A DNA stretch of 12,922 nt, taken from Hadesarchaea archaeon (GTDB lineage Archaea > Hadarchaeota > Hadarchaeia > Hadarchaeales > Hadarchaeaceae). The notes under the pieces are model-generated. The model saw only the letters and a list, made by a program, of their open reading frames with translations, was not told the origin of the DNA and did no database searches. The stretch is taken from assembly GCA_029259175.1 (NCBI GenBank), contig JAPDJH010000003.1, forward strand, positions 1 through 12,922, in the 5' to 3' direction. Made by a program: the position numbers and the translations under genes. This document shows, one piece after another, positions 7,297-12,922 of this stretch. Numbering within the stretch: the stretch's first letter is position 1; each line of letters opens with the position of its first letter.

Positions 7297-7644
7297 CTAC
7301 GCCCGCCCGTAGCGATCCTCGTACCGCGTTATGTCGTTCTCATCGAAGTGACCAAACGAGACTTCGAGCACGCGCACGCGCTTGTCCCCCGCCTCGAGCC
7401 GGTGCAGAGCACCTTTGGGAATCCACACCTCCTCTCCCGCGCGCGGCCGTAGCTCTCGGTCGCCCACCCTCACCACGGCTCCGTCATCGAGGGGAACCCA
7501 CAGCTCGTCCCTCATCCGGTGGCTCTGCAGGCTGAGCGCCTGACCCGGCTCCACCGTGATCAGCTTCACCGTCACCCGCTCGTTCAACGCATACTGGGTG
7601 AACTCGCCCCAGGGCTTCCGAACTCTTACTGGCTTTCTCATCAC
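7297..7644 (-). CDS. Stand-alone cupin of the mannose-6-phosphate isomerase type II C-terminal domain family
   Basis: KPWG, VKLITVEPGQALSLQSHRMRDELW, IPKGALHRL, LEVSFG.FDENDITRYEDRYGR. SD GAAGGTGA upstream. The start is GTG 7644 or ATG 7641. Confidence 0.9.
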   Translation of the reverse strand: MMRKPVRVRKPWGEFTQYALNERVTVKLITVEPGQALSLQSHRMRDELWVPLDDGAVVRVGDRELRPRAGEEVWIPKGALHRLEAGDKRVRVLEVSFGHFDENDITRYEDRYGRA

Positions 7645-7681
7645 CCATCACCTTCTCTCTCACATGAAAAACCCTTGTGGC

Positions 7682-8361
7682 TCAGCCCTCTAACCTGAAA
7701 CTCTGGATGATGGCATCAAAAACCTCTTCGTAGTCCTCGTACAGATAATCGCTCACCGTGCACAGAATCCTGAAGACGACCTAATCTCCCGGGATCACCG
7801 CTGTCTTTCCCTTTACTCGGCAGCCCTGAGTGGTGCCATATCCCACCACCATCACGTAGGCCTGAACCCCGTTAATCACCGCGGGCTGCTCCGAGTAAAC
7901 CTTCCCGTTCGGCGGCGCATCTGGCCCCGTGAGAAAGCCCTGCCGGTACTGCTGGACATAGGTATCAAAAGAGACATCAAGCAAGTCCACCGAAACATTC
8001 ATGTTCGGCACCACAAGCGCCGCAACGCTCGGATCACTCCAACAAGGTCGAACCGGAAGTCGCTCCTTCTACCCAGTCAGCGGGATACTGGACAGTGAAG
8101 TGATAGAACGGATTGGAGCATGTGGTCTACTCACCCTCGGTTCCTTCAGTCACGCCCGAACTCTCTGGTGTTCCTTCGCCGCTGCTCGCACCCCAACCAG
8201 TACGTCCCAGCCACGAGCAAAACTACCCCGAGACCCCACGGAAGCTATGAGGGGACTTAAAACGACGTGCCGGACGTGGGATTTCCAGCTTGAATCCGCA
8301 CTGCTCACAAAACCGAAACTCATCGGTTCTGATGACCGCATCGAGCGCAGCGCTTTGGCAG
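7682..8361 (-). pseudogene. Disrupted gene: zinc ribbon + TM + linker + PsbP/DUF1795-like extracellular domain
   Basis: Stitching frames gives PKRCARCGHQN/DEFRFCEQCGFKLEIPRPARRFKSP/LIASV/GLGVVLLVAGTYWL/GASSGEGTPESSGVTEGTEGE*TTCSNPFYHFTVQYPADWVEGATSGSTL/WSDPSVAALVVPNMNV...AVINGVQAY...AVIPGD*VVFRILCTVSDYLYEDYEEVFDAIIQSFRLEG*. There are about 5 frameshifts and in-frame TAGs at 8129-8127 and 7783-7781. F..YP.DW, ING..A and F..II.SFR are PsbP-like hallmarks. Confidence 0.8.
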
Positions 8362-8378
8362 GACGGACCTCAGCTGGG

Positions 8379-9839
8379 TTACTGGACTTCCTGTTGCTGT
8401 TCTGCTTGAGCGGGTTCGGCGGGCAGGGGCTGTTCCGGCTCCGCCTCCAGCTTACGTCCGCAGTACCCGCAGAACTTCGCCTGTGGAGAGTTGATCCGCC
8501 CACACGACGGACAGCGCTTACCCGCTTGTGGCCCCGCCCCGGGTTCCGCCGGAGGTGCTGCCTTGGGCTTTCTCTTTACAGCCACACCGGCCGCGAGCAA
8601 TAGAACCACTACTGCTACAACCACAACATGAAGTGGGAGACCTCCAGCGCTCGCCACTATGGAGATCACGCGCGTAGAAAAGGAGGGAATCGAAATCAGC
8701 ACTTGGACTCCGCTTTTCCCCCTCACCACCAAGTATTCCGGAACGTTCTCATCGGAGGGGTTCAGCACGTCCGCGTAATCGGAAGCCGTCTCGATTGGCT
8801 CGTTATCCACCAGCACCTCCAACTTGGCGGGAAGGACTTCACTCCGGATGTTAAAAATGAAAGAACGCGCGCCTCCAGCTTTCACCTCCACGTCTATTCG
8901 CCGTCCCTTTACAACTTGCTTTACATCGGCCTGTACATCAGTCTCTCGGAAAACTATCTCCGCAGTGTCCGTTAAGAGATCCACAACACCGCCTACCCAC
9001 CGGTTCTCAAACGCCTGACGCAATACATCAAGTTTTTCGGACAGCTGTTGAATCTGCAGATCTTCCATCACCTGTTGGACTTGCTCAGTGAGAATAGATG
9101 GTGTAAGAGCAACAACCATCCCATTTGCTTGGGTGCTTGAACTAGTGTAATTCGCGTCTCCTGCAAACAACGCAGTAATCTGCACTTCTGTGTTTTCACT
9201 TACACTTGGAGCATAGAAAATTACAGACGCTTGGCCGTTCGAATCAGTGGTAGCGGTGTGGGCCGAGAGCTGTCCTACACTCGTGCTCCAGGTGAGTGTT
9301 TTTCCGGCAAGAGGGTTCCCCTCCCCGTCCCGCAGGGTAGCGATTAAGCTTTTTGAGCCTCCAGCCAGAACATCAAAACTTGCCGGAGTGATAGAGAGAG
9401 TGGTGGTTATTGTTGTCTGACCCGCCCCAGTGGAGATTACGAACGACCATGTCGCGGACCACGCAGATATCGCTCCACCCAAGTATTCATATCCTGGGGT
9501 TACCCTGCGTTGCTTCACCCGCCAGTACCAAGTCCCGTCACTCAAATTCGGAGTGAACTGGCGAGCAGTAGTTGTTTGATCGACCACGGGTGAACCAAAA
9601 GAGGGGTCGTCATCGATCTGGATCCAGAACTCGGTGGCAGGCAATTCATTGTCCCACTGCAAAGTTGGTGTCGAAGTACTCAGGACTACGCCGTTTGCTG
9701 GAGATACCAAGCGCGGAGGAATAGATGAACTAATTGTTCTGCCTCCCCAAGCATCTTGTACACCTGCCGCCAAAACAACTTGAGGCATACATGCCAACAG
9801 CAGAAGGAATGTGGCTCCGAGGATTTTCGTCGACAGCAT
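8379..9839 (-). CDS. Ig-rich membrane-anchored surface protein with C-terminal cytoplasmic zinc ribbon (~486 aa)
   Basis: ATG 9839 lies 26 nt after a TATA box. Signal peptide; FN3-like domain (PRLVSPANG...PTLQW...GTWYWRV); invasin/Big_1-like domain (ATLRDGEGNPLAGKTLTWS...TTDSNGQASV); further beta domain; TM (VVVVAVVVLLLAAGVAV); CPSCG.N...KFCGYCG zinc ribbon. Confidence 0.85.
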   Translation of the reverse strand: MLSTKILGATFLLLLACMPQVVLAAGVQDAWGGRTISSSIPPRLVSPANGVVLSTSTPTLQWDNELPATEFWIQIDDDPSFGSPVVDQTTTARQFTPNLSDGTWYWRVKQRRVTPGYEYLGGAISAWSATWSFVISTGAGQTTITTTLSITPASFDVLAGGSKSLIATLRDGEGNPLAGKTLTWSTSVGQLSAHTATTDSNGQASVIFYAPSVSENTEVQITALFAGDANYTSSSTQANGMVVALTPSILTEQVQQVMEDLQIQQLSEKLDVLRQAFENRWVGGVVDLLTDTAEIVFRETDVQADVKQVVKGRRIDVEVKAGGARSFIFNIRSEVLPAKLEVLVDNEPIETASDYADVLNPSDENVPEYLVVRGKSGVQVLISIPSFSTRVISIVASAGGLPLHVVVVAVVVLLLAAGVAVKRKPKAAPPAEPGAGPQAGKRCPSCGRINSPQAKFCGYCGRKLEAEPEQPLPAEPAQAEQQQEVQ

Positions 9840-9865
9840 GCGAGAAAACTTTATTTCGTGAACGA

Positions 9866-9879
9866 ATATAAACGTTTGC
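9866..9879 (-). promoter_or_regulatory. BRE/TATA promoter for the leftward (probably leaderless) transcript
   Basis: The minus strand reads GCAAACGTTTATAT, with 26 nt between the TATA end and ATG 9839. Confidence 0.65.
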
Positions 9880-9883
9880 AAAC

Positions 9884-9927
9884 ATCATAGTAGCAGCGGA
9901 ATTGGCTAAAAATAATCATAGTAGTAG
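9884..9927. repeat. 13-bp direct repeat between the divergent promoters; candidate operator
   Basis: ATCATAGTAGCAG (9884-9896) and ATCATAGTAGTAG (9915-9927), 31-bp period. Confidence 0.65.
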
Positions 9928-9933
9928 ACGAAA

Positions 9934-9947
9934 GCAAACCTTTATAA
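9934..9947 (+). promoter_or_regulatory. BRE/TATA promoter for the rightward (probably leaderless) transcript
   Basis: GCAAACCTTTATAA, with 26 nt between the TATA end and ATG 9974. Confidence 0.7.
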
Positions 9948-9973
9948 GAATCCTAAAACAAACCTTTTACCGT

Positions 9974-11005
9974 ATGCGGTGTCCTCGCTGCGGTTATGAA
10001 TGGGAGCCTCGAGTCCCCAACCCCCGGGAGTGCCCACGATGCAAAGGAAGGCTCGATTATCCTTCTCGCGCGGCGAGGACTCCTATTATTATGAAAACTC
10101 AAAAGAAGGTGAGTAGAAGTATGTCAGGACGTCTGCCATGGGTAGCGGCGGCAGTAGTGATAGTAATAGTAGCAGGATTTGCAGCACTCTACCTCAGCAA
10201 CCCGACGCCAGGCGTTTCTACAGCAACCATAACCCTCTCAGCGCCAACAGTCTCACAGCCCGCGGTTTGGACTGCTCAAGGCTCCCCCCTCGGCATGTGG
10301 GTGGCTTTGACAGGTCCAGCCGCTGGAGCGGACAACTGTGCAATTGAGAACATCTATATCGTCGACAACTGGAGTGATATTGAAGCCAATGCAAAGGGCG
10401 ACAAGCTTGGAGACGATCTCACGATGGGAACTTCAGATCCTGATGACGGTGAGAACGATCTGCTCGATGGTGCATCTGATCCAATCATCACAAGCGATGG
10501 AGACACTGCAACCATCCCGTACGAAGTACCCTTTAAGATCGTGGCTGCAGCTGTTCTGTGGGCCGACAGCGACCTTCGCGAGAACAAGGGACCCACTGGC
10601 GCAAGACACGTTGCATATGTGAACAAAGACAACGCCTATATGTTTCTGGAGATCACTTCTTCCAGCGGACTTGTAAACCTAGCCATAACCGACGATGACG
10701 GCGACGGAGATCCCGACGAGAACACTCAGGTCACTGGACACGAGTACGTCTTCGAAAACGATGTCCCGTGGACCCAAAGTGGAAACTACGGTGGACAGAA
10801 CGACTCCGGACTAGCACCCTACGGATGGGCAGCCGCTCCAGGTGGCCTCGACAACGTCAAAAACACCGACCTTCCGAACTATGTAGACTACGCGCGCGTC
10901 AACTTCGTCTTCACCGACACCGAGAGCTCTGGTGGAACTGGTGAATTCCAACTTGCCGCCGGTGGATCGATGAACATCGCCGTGACCCTGTACGTCTGGG
11001 TGTAA
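9974..11005 (+). CDS. Zinc-ribbon + signal-anchor + acidic extracellular beta-domain protein (~343 aa; possible second start at 10121)
   Basis: MRCPRCGYEWEPRVPNPRECPRCK at the N-terminus; basic linker; TM WVAAAVVIVIVAGFAALYL; Asp/Gly/Asn-rich ectodomain with DDDGDGDPDE; terminal beta strand IAVTLYVWV. SD GAAGGTGA (10105-10112) precedes the in-frame ATG 10121. Confidence 0.8.
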   Translation: MRCPRCGYEWEPRVPNPRECPRCKGRLDYPSRAARTPIIMKTQKKVSRSMSGRLPWVAAAVVIVIVAGFAALYLSNPTPGVSTATITLSAPTVSQPAVWTAQGSPLGMWVALTGPAAGADNCAIENIYIVDNWSDIEANAKGDKLGDDLTMGTSDPDDGENDLLDGASDPIITSDGDTATIPYEVPFKIVAAAVLWADSDLRENKGPTGARHVAYVNKDNAYMFLEITSSSGLVNLAITDDDGDGDPDENTQVTGHEYVFENDVPWTQSGNYGGQNDSGLAPYGWAAAPGGLDNVKNTDLPNYVDYARVNFVFTDTESSGGTGEFQLAAGGSMNIAVTLYVWV

Positions 11006-11007
11006 GA

Positions 11008-11049
11008 GGGGTTCGCTTCTCCGACCCCCAAAGCTTTTATTATTTTTTT
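11008..11049 (+). terminator. Hairpin plus T-rich tract; probable terminator or attenuator after the 9974-11005 gene
   Basis: GGGGTTCG...CGACCCC imperfect stem (11008-11028), followed by TTTTATTATTTTTTT (11035-11049). Confidence 0.55.
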
Positions 11050-11063
11050 CTAATTTTCTAACA

Positions 11064-11459
11064 ATGCGGTATAGGATGTGGATTATCATTTTTCTTCTCT
11101 GTATCACGCCAGCGGTTGCCTCGCAATCCCTCGTCAACTATACGAGCTATTTCCACGGACATCGCGCTTATCTAGACAATAGGATTCAGCCAGTAGTGGT
11201 GAGCGGTACTAGCATGGCTCCTGCCTTTCAAACGGGAGACCTTCTCCTAGCCATTCCGTTCCCGGCCGAGAATTTACGAGTAGGAGACATCATCGTCTGG
11301 GAAAGCCAAGGGCAACTAGTGGCTCACCGCATTTATGAGATATCTGGTGCCTCTATGTGGACCAAGGGGGACAACATGCCAGCGCCAGACCAGACTCCTG
11401 TTACCAAAGAAAGCTACCGAGGGCTAGTTATAGGAGTGCTTTTTACGGGTGAAGGGTGA
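11064..11459 (+). CDS. S26 family peptidase, Ser-His (SipW/Sec11-like) type, catalytic residues intact
   Basis: VSGTSMAP (Ser codon 11211), GDLL, VGDIIV, VAHRI (His codon 11325), TKGDN...PD. N-terminal hydrophobic segment ending in AVA. Confidence 0.88.
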   Translation: MRYRMWIIIFLLCITPAVASQSLVNYTSYFHGHRAYLDNRIQPVVVSGTSMAPAFQTGDLLLAIPFPAENLRVGDIIVWESQGQLVAHRIYEISGASMWTKGDNMPAPDQTPVTKESYRGLVIGVLFTGEG

Positions 11460-12355
11460 TGAGGAAAAAACGTGTGAGAAAAAGAAAGCGTTCAGCTGTA
11501 AGTCCAACTTTGCTTAAAGTGTCGGTACTGATTCTCCTTGGTCTGATAACATTTACCTTCGTATACGCCCTTCGCGTCTATGTGTTGAATCCTCCCCCAA
11601 CGCTCCCGTTTCTGTTTGACTTTCGAGAAGCAGAGTTCGAAACAGAAGATCGTCTCTCCTTGGTGATCCAATACCACACCACTCAACCCTGCCAAGCTTT
11701 TTTCATAAGTTCTAGCGGCAAAATCATTGGTACTGCCGAACTCGACCCCGAAGTGGTCAGAGCCAAGATGAAGTTAACGGAGAATCTCGAAAGTCTTAGG
11801 GACGAGTATTATGTGTTAAGGATCGTAAGAGGAGACAACATAGTCTATGAACAACGCTATTGGTCCGCGCGCATCCTTGGCGAGCTCCTAGTTACTGAGT
11901 GGGGGTGGGATCCTACAGAAAACAAAAGCGTAATAGTCGCCATGAACGTTCGTCTCCGCAATGAAGGAGACATTCCCGTATATGTAAAACTCATCCGAGT
12001 ATGGGCAGGAAATGTGTTTATCGGCGAATTCGAAGTCAACGAATGGATATCGCCTAGAGAACCAGTGGAACACACCTACCATTTTTGGTCTCCCACGCTG
12101 GAACCGATGGCCTACGTAGTTTCCATTCACTCCTATGATTGGGAGAACTACGAAATCCCTCGTCCAGCAGGGATGATCAGCGCAACTATCATTGCTGTGC
12201 CTTCATATCCAGTGCATTTCTGGCGAAGCGTAGAGACTTGGGAAGGAATGGTAGAAAACGTGGTGGGTTTGGAGAGATGGTTCGGAACCATTCGTGCACC
12301 CACACATGGCTGGCAGGAAACCGTGCGCTGGACGAGTGGAGGTACCAGCAAATGA
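11459..12355 (+). CDS. Hypothetical type II membrane protein with extracellular beta/Ig-like domains (~298 aa)
   Basis: Start (GTG 11456 or ATG 11459) overlaps the upstream TGA. Very basic N-terminus, one TM, Pro linker, and a V.LRNEGDIPVYV beta motif. Its TGA overlaps the next ATG. Confidence 0.75.
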   Translation: MRKKRVRKRKRSAVSPTLLKVSVLILLGLITFTFVYALRVYVLNPPPTLPFLFDFREAEFETEDRLSLVIQYHTTQPCQAFFISSSGKIIGTAELDPEVVRAKMKLTENLESLRDEYYVLRIVRGDNIVYEQRYWSARILGELLVTEWGWDPTENKSVIVAMNVRLRNEGDIPVYVKLIRVWAGNVFIGEFEVNEWISPREPVEHTYHFWSPTLEPMAYVVSIHSYDWENYEIPRPAGMISATIIAVPSYPVHFWRSVETWEGMVENVVGLERWFGTIRAPTHGWQETVRWTSGGTSK

Positions 12356-12789
12356 GGAAAAAAAGGTCACGTGTTGCTGGCTTTTGGCTTGCAGCAATAG
12401 TTATCGTCGGAATTGGTACCGTCCTCATTGTTTTGGTGCTTATCCCACCCACTCCGACGCTTCTCAATCGTTCGGCTTTTTTTTATGGATACGCTGCTTA
12501 CATCGACTCGGATGTACACTTCACGGTAGCAGCCGACTGGAACATGGGACATACCATTCATCCGTTCGATATCATCATATGGACAAACGTGAATAAAGAG
12601 AACATTCATTCTGGCGACATCATCTTGTACGAAGATCCGAATACAGGCAACGTGGTTGCGCACCGCGTGATAGCCGTGAACGAGGAGGGCTTTAAGACCC
12701 GAGCCGATAACTCCGAATTACCCGATTCGTACGTGGTTCCGTCAAGTGCTCTAATAGGAAAAGTAATCGGCGTACTCTACACTCGATAA
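12352..12789 (+). CDS. S26 peptidase paralogue lacking the catalytic Ser (probable pseudo-peptidase, ~145 aa)
   Basis: ATGA overlap at 12352-12355 with GGAGGT SD. TM anchor; ADWNM in place of SGTSM (AAC at 12541); GDIILY, VAHRV, TRADN...PD, IGKVIGVLY retained. Confidence 0.82.
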   Translation: MRKKRSRVAGFWLAAIVIVGIGTVLIVLVLIPPTPTLLNRSAFFYGYAAYIDSDVHFTVAADWNMGHTIHPFDIIIWTNVNKENIHSGDIILYEDPNTGNVVAHRVIAVNEEGFKTRADNSELPDSYVVPSSALIGKVIGVLYTR

Positions 12790-12839
12790 CAGCCAGGCTT
12801 GTAGAAAAATTTTTCCGTTCTTGAAATGAAACAATACTC

Positions 12840-12897
12840 GGCGAGAGGGGCGCGGCGGTTCCTCATCGGAACCGTGTGAGGTGCACCCGCTCTCGCC
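12840..12897. other. GC-rich extended hairpin downstream of the operon; function unknown
   Basis: Outer stem GGCGAGAG (12840-12847)/CTCTCGCC (12890-12897); inner stem GCGGTTCC (12855-12862)/GGAACCGT (12868-12875) with a 5-nt loop. Confidence 0.6.
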
Positions 12898-12922
12898 TCT
12901 CTTCTAGCCCGAGCGCGCAAGG

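Noticed and set aside
5864-7312. 482-aa + strand ORF
   Set aside because: Antisense shadow of trm1 and out of frame with the NTPase; Pro/Arg/His-rich composition reflects the C-rich strand; no motifs.
7781-8129. Two in-frame TAG codons as possible pyrrolysine or readthrough sites
   Set aside because: The same gene also has about five frameshifts, other genes here use TAG as a normal stop (1066, 1685, 7297), and no pyl genes are visible.
9902-9973. Upstream TTG starts for the divergent genes (9902 on +, 9881 on -)
   Set aside because: These extensions run across the TATA boxes; ATG 9974 and ATG 9839 fit promoter spacing.
9974-10045. Zinc-ribbon as evidence of a provirus or plasmid
   Set aside because: No integrase, replication, capsid or packaging genes in the window, and the ribbon is fused to a membrane protein.
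12139-12351. 71-aa N-terminal extension of the second S26 gene
   Set aside because: It overlaps the upstream CDS; ATG 12352 has an SD and an ATGA coupling overlap.

Overview
Archaeal genomic window with no mobile-element core genes, CRISPR array or rRNA/tRNA. Evidence for an archaeal source: GGAGGTGA-type Shine-Dalgarno sites, TTTATA promoters with leaderless starts, archaeal Trm1, a THEP1-type NTPase and PGF-pre-PGF-like domains. The lineage is not determinable from sequence alone. There are three blocks. (1) 1-4938 (+) is a cell-surface operon: the 3' end of a gene sharing a C-terminal domain with the next gene, a secreted ~297-aa beta protein, a small membrane-anchored Ig-like protein, and two paralogous PKD/Ig/PGF-pre-PGF membrane proteins. 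Three of these share an identically spaced N-terminal strand motif after the signal peptide, which suggests an undescribed donor-strand-exchange pilus (tip, shaft, chaperone-like protein, two anchors). (2) 5584-7644 is a housekeeping block (NTPase, trm1, stand-alone mannose-6-phosphate-isomerase-type cupin) with a C-rich + strand, flanked by two gene relics absent from the ORF track. (3) 8379-12789 is a divergent surface locus with twin near-identical promoters. On - is an Ig-rich membrane protein with a C-terminal zinc ribbon. On + are a zinc-ribbon/TM/acidic exported protein, an S26 (SipW/Sec11-like) peptidase, a type II membrane protein, and a second S26 paralogue whose catalytic Ser is replaced by Asn. 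All family calls are by-eye motif recognition; no searches were run.
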